From: Chloroflexota bacterium
GTDB taxonomy: Bacteria; Chloroflexota; UBA11872; UBA12225
Reading direction: 5' to 3'
Assembly (NCBI GenBank): GCA_947446285.1
Contig: CANFGH010000004.1
Location: forward strand, 12,926 to 76,925
DNA: 64,000 bases
Of this stretch, positions 52,276 through 61,817 are shown one piece after another; the stretch's first letter is position 1, and each line of letters begins with the position of its first letter. A model generated the notes under the pieces. That model worked only from the letters and a program-made list of their open reading frames with translations, was not told the DNA's origin and did no database searches. A program made the position numbers and the translations under genes.

Positions 52276-53979
52276 ATGCCCAACTTTGATCCAGCGACGC
52301 TCGATTACGTCCTGCTCGCCCCCCAGTTCATCGTCACCGGCCTGATTTTCGTGTGCCTCACGCTTGACCTCATGGTCTCCGGGCGAGGGCACCGGTTCAT
52401 CGGGTGGGTCGCAATCCTGGGCCTCGGGATAGGCATAGGCGCACAGGCATCGCTGTGGGGTGTCCGCAGCTCGTTCGCAGGCGTGCTCCGCGTCGACGAC
52501 TACTCGAACCTGTTCAACATCATCTTCATGGCGGCTGGCATGGGAGTCGTCTTCCTGTCGTTCGACTACGCCGAGCGGTTCTTCACGCAACCTGGCGAGT
52601 TCTACGCGTTCCTTGTGGCCGGGGTTCTCGGCATGGGACTGATGGCCCAAGCCCAGGAGCTGCTAACCGCGTACATCGCGCTGGAACTGCTGAGCTTTTC
52701 CAGTTACGTGCTCGTGTCGTACGCCAAGACCAACTTGAAGAGCAACGAAGCGGGATTGAAGTACATCATCCTCGGATCGTTCAGCTCGGCAATCCTCCTC
52801 TACGGAGTGAGCCTCCTGTTCGGCGCCGTTGGCTCCACCATGTTTACCGACATCAGGACAGCGCTCGGCACCTCGGTTGCCACGAGCGCCGTAGCCCAGA
52901 TTGCGCTTCTGATGATCACCGCCGGCTTGGCGTTCAAGGTCGCGGCCGTCCCCTTCCACATGTATTCACCGGATGTCTATGAGGGGGCACCAACCCCGAT
53001 TACCGCATACCTGTCAGTTGCCTCCAAGGCCGCTGGGTTTGCCCTCACCATGCGGTTCGTCGTCATGGCCCTTTGGCCAGTGCGTGGCCCCGTATCCGAC
53101 GTGATCGCCTTCCTTGCCGTCCTCACAATGACGCTTGGCAATGTGGTCGCTCTCCGACAGACAAACATCAAGCGTCTGATGGCGTACTCAAGCATTGCCC
53201 AGGCCGGCTACGCACTGATCGGGGTGGCAGCGTTCTTTGCCGCAGGTGAAATCGCCGAGCAGGCTTCCCGGGGCGTGATCCTGCAACTCATTGGCTACCT
53301 GTTCACCACGCTGGCAGCGTTCGGTGGGATTATCGCCTTCCAAGTGGTTGCCGATGGAAGAGAGAACATCTCAGACTTGGCAGGCTTGTCTCGGCGGTCG
53401 CCATTCGCCGCGTTTGCCATCATGTCCGCGCTGTTCAGCCTTGCCGGCATGCCCATCTTTTCGGGGTTCATGACGAAACTCTTCCTGTTCGCACCCGTGG
53501 CCCGCGCGGGCCTCCTTTGGCTGGTGGCAATCGCCGTACTCAACAGCACCATTTCCCTGTACTACTACTTGCAGGTCCTCCGCGTGATGTACTCAGAGTC
53601 ACCTGCGGGTGTCACCGCACTCAATGCTTCCGCCGTGGCAGCTATCAAGGCGGCGGCTATCCACTACGAAGTACCGGTACTCGTCGGTGCTGCAGTCGCT
53701 CCTGGGTCCGGACACGCATCGGACAGCCACGGAACGGCTCATGGAAGCCGTGGTGCCGAAGCGCATACCGAGGTGGCGCCGTCACCCGTCGGACCGTGGT
53801 GGCGACGACGTCTCACCGATGGCATGGAACCCGAACTGCGTTTCCCGATCGATCCGATTTCCGTTGAGCTCGGGATCGGGATCACGCTTGCGCTTGCCGG
53901 CATCTTTGCATTGGGGCTGTATCCAGCCCCGTTTGTAGACCTTGCGTATGACGCCAGCATGGCCCTCTTCGCCAAGTAG
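52276..53979 (+). CDS. nuoN: NADH-quinone oxidoreductase subunit N (with a ~90-aa insertion before the last TM helix)
   Basis: Motifs include PFHMYSPDVYEGAPTPITAYLSVASK and LMAYSSIAQAGY. The protein is 567 aa. Confidence 0.9.
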   Translation: MPNFDPATLDYVLLAPQFIVTGLIFVCLTLDLMVSGRGHRFIGWVAILGLGIGIGAQASLWGVRSSFAGVLRVDDYSNLFNIIFMAAGMGVVFLSFDYAERFFTQPGEFYAFLVAGVLGMGLMAQAQELLTAYIALELLSFSSYVLVSYAKTNLKSNEAGLKYIILGSFSSAILLYGVSLLFGAVGSTMFTDIRTALGTSVATSAVAQIALLMITAGLAFKVAAVPFHMYSPDVYEGAPTPITAYLSVASKAAGFALTMRFVVMALWPVRGPVSDVIAFLAVLTMTLGNVVALRQTNIKRLMAYSSIAQAGYALIGVAAFFAAGEIAEQASRGVILQLIGYLFTTLAAFGGIIAFQVVADGRENISDLAGLSRRSPFAAFAIMSALFSLAGMPIFSGFMTKLFLFAPVARAGLLWLVAIAVLNSTISLYYYLQVLRVMYSESPAGVTALNASAVAAIKAAAIHYEVPVLVGAAVAPGSGHASDSHGTAHGSRGAEAHTEVAPSPVGPWWRRRLTDGMEPELRFPIDPISVELGIGITLALAGIFALGLYPAPFVDLAYDASMALFAK

Positions 53980-54013
53980 CGGTGACAATCTGGCGGAGTG
54001 ACCCTTCGTCGGG

Positions 54014-54064
54014 AAAACAAAAAGAAGGAGGAGAGTTCGAACTCTCCCCCTTCTTTTTGTTTTT
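54014..54064 (+). terminator. Rho-independent terminator of the nuo operon (long near-perfect palindrome)
   Basis: AAAACAAAAAGAAGGAGGAGAG-TTCGAA-CTCTCCCCCTTCTTTTTGTTTT forms a stem flanked by A- and T-runs. It lies 35 nt after the nuoN stop. Confidence 0.7.
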
Positions 54065-54116
54065 AACGCACTGATCTGGGATGTCCCGCCCAGCTAGTCG
54101 GCTAGTCGGGAGCCGA

Positions 54117-54227
54117 CTAAACCCCGGTGAACTTCTGCATGAAGTAGATCCCACCGATTGTGAAGAAGAGGACAAGCAGCACGCAGACCAACTGCATGGT
54201 TTCGCTGATCACGACGCCATTAATCAT
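54117..54227 (-). CDS. Possible 36-aa single-TM micro-protein downstream of the MFS gene
   Basis: The peptide is MINGVVISETMQLVCVLLVLFFTIGGIYFMQKFTGV. GC3 bias is coding-like and GGAG lies upstream. A 9-bp hairpin (54095-54119) overlaps the stop. Confidence 0.3.
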   Translation of the reverse strand: MINGVVISETMQLVCVLLVLFFTIGGIYFMQKFTGV

Positions 54228-54302
54228 TGTCCAAGACTCCAGACGAGCCAGTTGGGCAACGTATCGTGCCCGGCCCCTAAAGGCGGTTTTCACTGTCAAG
54301 GA

Positions 54303-55571
54303 TCATCGTAGCAAACCTGCCCGTCGACCCGCGCGATCACTCATGAAAAACGTTCCGCACGCGACCGCCATCAGGACTGACGCGATGACAAAGACTGGCG
54401 ACCACCCGATGTTCTCGGCAACATAGCCAAGCGCGGGCGCCGCCACCACCGGTCCAACCATCGACGCCGCGTTGTACACTGCAATCGCGGTACCGCCTCG
54501 CTTGGGAAGCAAGTTCTGGGCGTGGACGATCCCGAATCCAAACGTCGCCGTAACGACGATCGCGTAGAGGACCTCGATGGCGAGGAATGGTGCGAATGTC
54601 GATGTGAACGCGATGGCACCAAAGTAGAAGATGCCAGCCGCATTGCCGATAAACAGGAACGGCACCACCCCGTAACGGCGCACCACTGACGCCGCCAACA
54701 ACGAGATCGGTATCTCGTACACCGGTTCAATGCCGAAGACGATGCCAACCGATTCAGTGTCAACTTTGACGACATCTCGGAGATACAAGGGCAGCATCGT
54801 CATTCGTGCCACTGAAGCGGCGCCAGTACATATCGTGGTGAGCAGGTACCACGCCATTGGTGCCCGGATGAGGTCGTGCCAAACCGACTTGGCCACGACC
54901 CCGTCAACTTCCACGACTGGCGCAATGTTCGTGAATGGAGCATCACGCACACCCAAAGCGAGGACCGCGAACGACAGGAATTGCAGCACGGCAGTCGTGA
55001 GAAACAGCCCATCAAAACCAACCATGGCAACGACGCGTCCCGCGGCGAATGAGCCGATCAGCCAGCCGATGGTGAACCCAAGCCGGACGATGTTCGTAAT
55101 CTCGGCCCCGCGCTCGTCTTTCCGATGCCGAAACCAGTCCCCAAGGATTGCGAAGAACAGGGTAAACATGGCCACGCTGATGGCCGCATAGAGCAACGTG
55201 CCGATGATGAAGTTTTCGGTCCAGGCAATCGCGATGCGCAGCGGGATCGCAAGGCCGAATGCGACCACCAGCCATGGCACACGCCTCCGCGTCCGGTCTG
55301 TAACCACACCGTAGCTCAGGCCGAATGCGGCCGTCGCAAGTGATGTCACCAGCGAAATCGTTCCAACCTCTACAGGACCAACGCCAAGGCGTTCGGTTGC
55401 CCAAAGTGGCATGAACGGCATCTGGGATCCCAACGCAACTCCCTGGATGATGAGAATGATGAAGATTGACCGGAAGACCGGATCAGTCATCACCGCTTCG
55501 ATCGCACCACCGGACAGCAACCGCGAAGCCCACCCGGGCCTCACACCTTGGCTCCTCGACGCTCCCGTCAC
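54303..55571 (-). CDS. MFS transporter
   Basis: 422 aa with 12 TM helices. The GTG start overlaps the stop of the upstream CCA-enzyme gene (GTGA). Confidence 0.85.
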   Translation of the reverse strand: MTGASRSQGVRPGWASRLLSGGAIEAVMTDPVFRSIFIILIIQGVALGSQMPFMPLWATERLGVGPVEVGTISLVTSLATAAFGLSYGVVTDRTRRRVPWLVVAFGLAIPLRIAIAWTENFIIGTLLYAAISVAMFTLFFAILGDWFRHRKDERGAEITNIVRLGFTIGWLIGSFAAGRVVAMVGFDGLFLTTAVLQFLSFAVLALGVRDAPFTNIAPVVEVDGVVAKSVWHDLIRAPMAWYLLTTICTGAASVARMTMLPLYLRDVVKVDTESVGIVFGIEPVYEIPISLLAASVVRRYGVVPFLFIGNAAGIFYFGAIAFTSTFAPFLAIEVLYAIVVTATFGFGIVHAQNLLPKRGGTAIAVYNAASMVGPVVAAPALGYVAENIGWSPVFVIASVLMAVACGTFFMSDRAGRRAGLLR

Positions 55572-56977
55572 GTTGGATCTCCCGCGGCAAGGAACGCCCG
55601 TGCCAGTTCCGTTGCACGCTCACGGTCATATTCGGCCAGTTCGCCGTCAATGACCAATCCGAGCAGGTAATCCTTGACTGGCCTGATCCATTGGCCAGGT
55701 CCACGGCCGAACAGGTGCATCAACGCGTCCCCATCCAGTGGGCTCTGAAGACGTGCCACATCCTGCGCTGCTTGGAGTTCACGGCATCGTCGCGCAAAGT
55801 CGTCGACGCGGTCATTCACGGCCTGGACTTTCTCGGCACGGTAACTCGTCACGTCAGCACGGGAAAGCGCGATCAGATCGTCAAGTTCATCGCCGACCTC
55901 ACGGATCAGGCGCCGGACCGCCGTGTCGGTCCATGTCGGTTCATACGCATTGATCCGCAAATGCATCCGCACAAGGTTCGTGACCCGTGCGATCAGCGAC
56001 GCATCCAGGTTGAGGCTTCGCATGATGCGGTTCGCCATGCGTGCACCTACTTCTTCATGCCCGAAGAAATGCACCGCACCCTGGTTCACAGACTTTGTCG
56101 GGGGCTTGCCAATGTCATGAAGGAGGGCGGCCCATCGCAGCCCCGCTTCAGCAGGAATGTTCTCGACCACACCCATGGTGTGCTCAAATACATCCTTGTG
56201 ATGGACTGGCCGCTGGCTCATTCCACGCATCGGCAGGACATCAGGAATGATGCGTTCCATCAATCCCAGATCCGTCGCGAGACGCAATCCCATCGCCGGT
56301 CGTGTCGACACCAGGATCCGGCCCATTTCAGCCGCAATCCGCTCGCGACTGATCCGATCCAGCCCAGCGGCGCCGGTGGCGATTGCAGCGCGGGTCGGTT
56401 CCGCAAGCGTGAACCCGAGCTCGCAGACGAACCGTATACCGCGCAGCAATCTCAGCGGATCGTCAGAAAACCGGGCATCAGCGTCACCGACCGCTCGCAC
56501 AACCTTCGAGACGATGTCGTCCCTGCCACCGCACGGATCATGGAGTTCGCCCGTAAGCAGGTTGACCGCGATCGCATTGATGGTGAAATCGCGTCGGGCA
56601 AGGTCTTCGTTGAGTGACGTTCCGAACTGAACGGTCGGCTTCCGGGTGCCATCCTGATACTGCTCAGTCCTGAAAGTCGTAATTTCGACACCCCAGGTCG
56701 CATCGGTCGTCCCACCGGATGGGTCAGGCACCGTGTAGACCATGCCTATCGTGCCGAACCGTGCACCAACGTCGTAGACCGCCGACGGACGTGAAACGCC
56801 CACCATGCGGCGGACTTGATCCGGCGTCGCGTCCGTCGTGAGGTCCACGTCCTTGATCGGCCGTCCGATAAACCAGTCCCGAACCGGTCCGCCAACGACG
56901 AAGAGACGATGACCGTGAGCGTGAAAAGCCTGCGCCAATTCCATGAGGCGGTCGTTGATGGGTGTTGCCAGTTCCAT
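55568..56977 (-). CDS. cca: CCA tRNA nucleotidyltransferase / poly(A) polymerase-family protein with an HD domain
   Basis: Motifs include LFVVGGPVRDWFIGRPIKDVDLTT, RRDFTINA and HD-domain LLHDIGKP. The track start at 57169 would overlap gpsA, so the ATG at 56977 is preferred. Confidence 0.85.
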   Translation of the reverse strand: MELATPINDRLMELAQAFHAHGHRLFVVGGPVRDWFIGRPIKDVDLTTDATPDQVRRMVGVSRPSAVYDVGARFGTIGMVYTVPDPSGGTTDATWGVEITTFRTEQYQDGTRKPTVQFGTSLNEDLARRDFTINAIAVNLLTGELHDPCGGRDDIVSKVVRAVGDADARFSDDPLRLLRGIRFVCELGFTLAEPTRAAIATGAAGLDRISRERIAAEMGRILVSTRPAMGLRLATDLGLMERIIPDVLPMRGMSQRPVHHKDVFEHTMGVVENIPAEAGLRWAALLHDIGKPPTKSVNQGAVHFFGHEEVGARMANRIMRSLNLDASLIARVTNLVRMHLRINAYEPTWTDTAVRRLIREVGDELDDLIALSRADVTSYRAEKVQAVNDRVDDFARRCRELQAAQDVARLQSPLDGDALMHLFGRGPGQWIRPVKDYLLGLVIDGELAEYDRERATELARAFLAAGDPT

Positions 56978-57059
56978 ATACCTGCCGGTAAGTATCCCTG
57001 TCGGCCGAGGCACCGCGATGCCTTGCCCGGGATCATCGACCAATCGTCGAACCGCGGGA

Positions 57060-58160
57060 TCAATCGGTTGGGGTGACCCGGTGCGGTGCGGGGTAATCAA
57101 CCCGCTCGCGACCCGCTTGGCGACCAAGCAACCGGGCACCTGCCTCGCGAGGATCCAGTGTTCCGTCAATTACCGCTCCCAGTATCGCCGTGATGGGCAA
57201 TTCAACCCCCAGTTGCGACGCCACATGTAGGGCAGCCCGCGTCGTTGGCACTCCTTCCGAGACCGATCCAGACGTCTCGATCAGGTCTTCCAAGCGCTCA
57301 CCACGAGCAAGGCGAAGGCCAAAGGTGCGATTTCGGCTCAGTGGGCTTGAACAGGTCGCGACCAGGTCGCCAAGTCCAGCCAGACCCGCGAAGGTCAGCG
57401 CCTCGCCACCAAGCGCCTGCCCGAGACGAGCCATCTCCGAAAGACCTCGGGTGATCAACGCGGCCTTCGCGTTCTCGCCAGCATCGAGACCTTCGGCAAT
57501 GCCGATCGCAAGGGCAATCACATTTTTGAGCGCCCCGCCAAGTTCCACACCAATCACGTCATGATGCCGGTAGATCCGCCACGTCGGCGTCGATAGGATC
57601 GACTGCACCAACTGGCCAACACGGTCATCCGTACACGCCACCACTGATGAAGCCGGCTTTCCGGAAGCGATCTCGGCCGCCAAGTTGGGTCCGGACAAGG
57701 CACAAATCGGATGAGCACTTCCGGTGAACGACGCAATGACCTCGGTCATGCGGAGTCCAGTTGCAATCTCTAGTCCCTTGGTGGCACTTACCACCGTCGC
57801 CCCTGGTGAAAGGTGCGGCGCAACCAACCCGAAATTCAGACGCATCGACTGGGCGGGTACCACCATGACCACGATGGACGCGGTAGAGATGGTGTCCTGG
57901 AGATCGGCAGAAACCTGAAGGTTGTCAGGTAAGGCGATGCCCTGAACCCGCGGGGATCGTCTTGTCGTACTGAGCAACGATGCCTCTTCACGGGTACGCG
58001 CGACGAGCGTGACTGCACGCACCTGGGACGCAACCTGCGAGGCAACCTGCGAGGCCAAAACCACACCCCACGCACCGGTGCCCACCACCGCAAGGTTCGT
58101 TGAGCGTGTGCTTGCGACTACCGGCCTCATTGGTGTCCTGAACGTCAGCAACAGCTTCAC
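57060..58160 (-). CDS. gpsA: NAD(P)H-dependent glycerol-3-phosphate dehydrogenase
   Basis: Motifs include VVGTGAWG, GALKNVIALAIG and SSPLSRN. The start may be the internal ATG at 58130. Confidence 0.9.
   Translation of the reverse strand: MKLLLTFRTPMRPVVASTRSTNLAVVGTGAWGVVLASQVASQVASQVRAVTLVARTREEASLLSTTRRSPRVQGIALPDNLQVSADLQDTISTASIVVMVVPAQSMRLNFGLVAPHLSPGATVVSATKGLEIATGLRMTEVIASFTGSAHPICALSGPNLAAEIASGKPASSVVACTDDRVGQLVQSILSTPTWRIYRHHDVIGVELGGALKNVIALAIGIAEGLDAGENAKAALITRGLSEMARLGQALGGEALTFAGLAGLGDLVATCSSPLSRNRTFGLRLARGERLEDLIETSGSVSEGVPTTRAALHVASQLGVELPITAILGAVIDGTLDPREAGARLLGRQAGRERVDYPAPHRVTPTD
58030..58065. repeat. Perfect 12-nt tandem repeat x3 (gcaacctgcgag) encoding (QVAS)3 inside gpsA
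   Basis: Read directly from the sequence. The protein shows LASQVASQVASQVRAV immediately after the GxGxxG motif. Confidence 0.85.
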
Positions 58161-58259
58161 GGTGCACTTGCCCCGGAACTTCCGTGCATGGACAATGCAT
58201 CACGACCTGCGTACTACCACCCCTTTGGTAAACGCTTTGCCATTTCGTCACGGATACCA

Positions 58260-59213
58260 ATGCCTGAGTTACCTGAAGTCGAGACAATCTGCCGAACCCT
58301 CGCCCCCATTTTGGTCGGATCGGCATTCGCACGCGCCGAGCTTGTCTGGCCAGGTTGCATCGGAAACGGCAGTGCACCCGACTTCGAGGCCTCGTTGGCG
58401 GGTTCGATTTGCACTGGCATTTCCCGCCGTGGCAAGTATCTATTGATCGCCCTCGACCATTCACGGTGGTTGGGGGTCCATCTGCGGATGACCGGTCGCT
58501 TCACGATGATGGACAGCGGCGCCGACCGCGACCGCCACCTGCGTGCCGTCCTCCACCTTCAGGATGGACGCGAACTCCACTTCATTGATCAGCGGAAGTT
58601 CGGTCGCCTTGCCCTCGCGTTCGGCATCGACGGCCTACGACACTTCCTCCGCCGACTTGGGCCGGAGCCAGTGATTGCTGCCGCACGATCGTCGAACAGT
58701 CACCCCGGAGAGGCGGACGACACTGCGGGTTCTGGGTTCGCGAACGTTCCCGGACCTGAATTCATGACTGCGGCCAGCCTCGCCTCCCGATTCTCCGGTC
58801 GACGCGCGCCCATCAAGTCGCTCCTCCTCGACCAGCAATCGGTAGCGGGCCTTGGGAACATCTATGTCGACGAGGCACTCTTCCGGGCACGCATCCACCC
58901 CCTGACGTCGGGAGGCAGTCTCGGGACAGCCGAAATCGGAAACCTCTGCGAAGCGATCCTTGAATCACTTGCGCAAGGCATAGAGAATCGGGGCACTACC
59001 CTTTCCGACTACCGTGACGCACTTGGGGGCACGGGATCGAACCAGACGAAATTGCTCGTCTTCCGACGAAATGGCAAACCATGTCTGGTCTGCGGCACCG
59101 AAATCATCCGTGTCCGTGTCTCCGCGCGGGGCACGCACATTTGCCCGCGATGCCAAGTTGAACCCACTGCCACTTCTGCCGCTGTGCGCCCACCAAGTGT
59201 GAAGGGCGACTAG
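58260..59213 (+). CDS. mutM: Formamidopyrimidine-DNA glycosylase
   Basis: N-terminus MPELPEVETI, H2TH region LLDQQSVAGLGNIYVDEALF and C-terminal zinc finger CLVCG..CPRCQ. Confidence 0.9.
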   Translation: MPELPEVETICRTLAPILVGSAFARAELVWPGCIGNGSAPDFEASLAGSICTGISRRGKYLLIALDHSRWLGVHLRMTGRFTMMDSGADRDRHLRAVLHLQDGRELHFIDQRKFGRLALAFGIDGLRHFLRRLGPEPVIAAARSSNSHPGEADDTAGSGFANVPGPEFMTAASLASRFSGRRAPIKSLLLDQQSVAGLGNIYVDEALFRARIHPLTSGGSLGTAEIGNLCEAILESLAQGIENRGTTLSDYRDALGGTGSNQTKLLVFRRNGKPCLVCGTEIIRVRVSARGTHICPRCQVEPTATSAAVRPPSVKGD

Positions 59214-59259
59214 TCGCTCGCAGGGGTCAATCAAAAATATCCCCGTACACTCTACTTAT

Positions 59260-61308
59260 ATGTCGCTCGTATCCGCTTCAAATCTCGCCCGCGCCTACGG
59301 TGCCCAAGACATCTTCGCCGACGTGGGATTCGAGATACATGCCCGTGAGCGCATCGCCCTCGTCGGAGTCAATGGCGCCGGTAAATCGACCTTGCTCCGG
59401 TTGCTCGCCCGGGTCGAACCTCTTGACCGCGGTTCCCTCTCGCTCCCGCCACGCGACCGCGTTGGGTACCTGCCCCAGGAAGTCACCTTCGCCGAAGGCA
59501 TGACCCTCCAGACCTATCTGGACGAGGCATTTGCCCGTGTCCGCCAACTGGAGGTCGAACTTCGGGAACTTGAGGACGCGCTGGCATCGCCACCGCCCGG
59601 TGTGACGATTGACGAACTGCTTATCCGTCACTCTGATGTCTCAGTTGCGTTCGAGGCCGCCGATGGGTACGCGTACCGCCACCGGATTCATGAGACGATT
59701 GCCGGGCTTGGCATCCCGGAAGCACACCTCGAACGCGAGGTGACGACATTCAGCGGAGGTCAACGAACCCGGGCAGCCCTTGCCCGGCTCCTACTAGGTG
59801 GGAGTGACCTCCTGCTCCTCGACGAGCCCACGAACCACCTCGACGTTGATGCGACCGAATGGCTTGAGGGCTTCCTCACAGGGGTCCACGCGGCCGTGGT
59901 TGTCGTCTCCCATGACCGCTACTTCCTCGACGCTGTCGCAACCCGGACGTGGGAAATAGCCGACGGCAACTTTGAGACGTACACCGGCAATTACACCCAA
60001 TTTGCGCGTCAGCGAGCCGAACGGGAAGCGCGAAAGCAGCGCGACTTCGCAACCCAGCAGGCGCACATTGCCCGGACCGAGGCATTCATTCGACGCTATC
60101 GCGCCGGGGTCAAGGCTCGTCAGGCACGCGGTCGCCAGAAGCAATTGGACCGCCTCGGCCGCGTCGGACCACCGCGTACACACGGGCAAATGAACCTGGC
60201 AATCCGGGCAACCCTCCGGGCGGGAGACACTGTCCTCGCCTTCGAGAACCTAGGCATCGCCCCCGACGCACCGGTCGGGAATGGCTTGCTCGGCCAAACC
60301 CCTGGCATGCCGTTCGTTCACGAAACAACTGCCCAGTCGCGCGCCTTGGCCCCCTTGGCTCACGCGCACGAGATCGAAGTGGCCCGGGGAGAACGGGTTG
60401 CGATTGTCGGGCCAAACGGAGCCGGGAAAACAACCCTCCTTCGCGTCATCATGGGAGAACTCATTCCGGTCCGCGGTCGCGTGCACATCGGCTATGGGGT
60501 CCAGATCGCCTATTACGCGCAGGCGCACGAGCAACTCGATCCCAAGGGCACCGTGATGACTGAGGTCACCGACGGGCACGCAATGAGTGAAACCGAGGCA
60601 CGCACCTACCTCGGACGCTTCCTATTCACGGGCGACGACGTCTTCAAGGCCGTCCGCGCACTATCCGGTGGTGAGCGAAGCCGTCTCGCACTCGCGAAAC
60701 TCGCCCTCTCGTCGGCGAATGTCCTGATCCTCGACGAACCGACAAACCACCTCGATATCTACTCGCGCGAGGCACTGGAGGGCGTCCTTGACCAGTTCGA
60801 CGGAACCATCATTTTCGTGTCGCACGACCGCTTCTTCATCGACGGTCTCGCGACCCAGATCTGGGAAGTCGCTGACGGAAAGCTGACCGTCCACCGGGGG
60901 ACGTGGTCGGAAGTCCGCGCCGCGAGACACGACGTCGGGCGACGAACCGCGAAGCCAGAAGACCGCCCCGGTCTGGCAAACGCGTCCACTGTGCCCGAAC
61001 CGACGAAGCAACTCTTCCCACCCATTACACGGTCATCACCTGCCCCCAGACCAACGGCAAACCCGAGGGAAATCCGCGCGGCACGGGAACGTATCGAGAA
61101 ACTCGGTCGAGAACTTGCGAAACTCGAGACCGATCTGCAGCTCCTCGATCAGGAAATAGATGTGTCATCACGTTCGGGAGACGGCGTCAAACTGGTCGAA
61201 CTTGGGGCACGCCACGTGGTCGTCAGTGAGCAATTGCGGGCGACTGAGGAGCGTTGGCTCGACGCACAGGCAACCCTTGAGGCGCTTGAGTGCGTGACCG
61301 CGTCCTGA
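59260..61308 (+). CDS. ABC-F family ATPase (two NBDs, no TMD; Uup/EttA-like)
   Basis: Two Walker A motifs (GVNGAGKST and GPNGAGKTT), two LSGG signatures, an inter-domain linker and a C-terminal coiled coil. Confidence 0.9.
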   Translation: MSLVSASNLARAYGAQDIFADVGFEIHARERIALVGVNGAGKSTLLRLLARVEPLDRGSLSLPPRDRVGYLPQEVTFAEGMTLQTYLDEAFARVRQLEVELRELEDALASPPPGVTIDELLIRHSDVSVAFEAADGYAYRHRIHETIAGLGIPEAHLEREVTTFSGGQRTRAALARLLLGGSDLLLLDEPTNHLDVDATEWLEGFLTGVHAAVVVVSHDRYFLDAVATRTWEIADGNFETYTGNYTQFARQRAEREARKQRDFATQQAHIARTEAFIRRYRAGVKARQARGRQKQLDRLGRVGPPRTHGQMNLAIRATLRAGDTVLAFENLGIAPDAPVGNGLLGQTPGMPFVHETTAQSRALAPLAHAHEIEVARGERVAIVGPNGAGKTTLLRVIMGELIPVRGRVHIGYGVQIAYYAQAHEQLDPKGTVMTEVTDGHAMSETEARTYLGRFLFTGDDVFKAVRALSGGERSRLALAKLALSSANVLILDEPTNHLDIYSREALEGVLDQFDGTIIFVSHDRFFIDGLATQIWEVADGKLTVHRGTWSEVRAARHDVGRRTAKPEDRPGLANASTVPEPTKQLFPPITRSSPAPRPTANPREIRAARERIEKLGRELAKLETDLQLLDQEIDVSSRSGDGVKLVELGARHVVVSEQLRATEERWLDAQATLEALECVTAS

Positions 61309-61361
61309 TTTGTTGCCATCGCCCCTCTTGACGCCGTGGACCACCCACGCTATCGTGACAA

Positions 61362-61664
61362 GTGCCAATGGAAACTGAGAACATCATCCTGATTGCGTTC
61401 ACCCTGACCATCTTGGGTAGCCTTGCGTCTTTTGTGAACGGGTACCTCGGCGCCGGTCTCGCGACGTTTGCCTGGCTGGTCCTGCTCGGCATCGTGCGTC
61501 AACCGGTGGCAGTCACCGCTGAAGTCCTCCAGGTCACGGAAAATACCTGGGCGCCGCACCTCCTCTTGCCACTCACGTTGTTTCTGATCGTTTGGCAGGC
61601 GCGTCTACGCGGACGCATCGCACCCCACATCGGTCTCCGTGACATCTTCGGACGGCGGCGCTAG
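61362..61664 (+). CDS. Small membrane protein, hypothetical (3 TM helices)
   Basis: 100-aa hydrophobic ORF with a basic C-terminus. Confidence 0.4.
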   Translation: MPMETENIILIAFTLTILGSLASFVNGYLGAGLATFAWLVLLGIVRQPVAVTAEVLQVTENTWAPHLLLPLTLFLIVWQARLRGRIAPHIGLRDIFGRRR

Positions 61665-61817
61665 AGGGTACCTCCCGTCACTTTTTGCCGGAGAATAGCG
61701 CCCGGTCTGTATCCTGTGACTGGCAATGCACGCGCACCGGAGACGTTTTTGTTACGTCAACAGATGCACATGTATGCCTGATCAGATACTCGAACCGGAA
61801 GAGAGAACCGAGCGATC

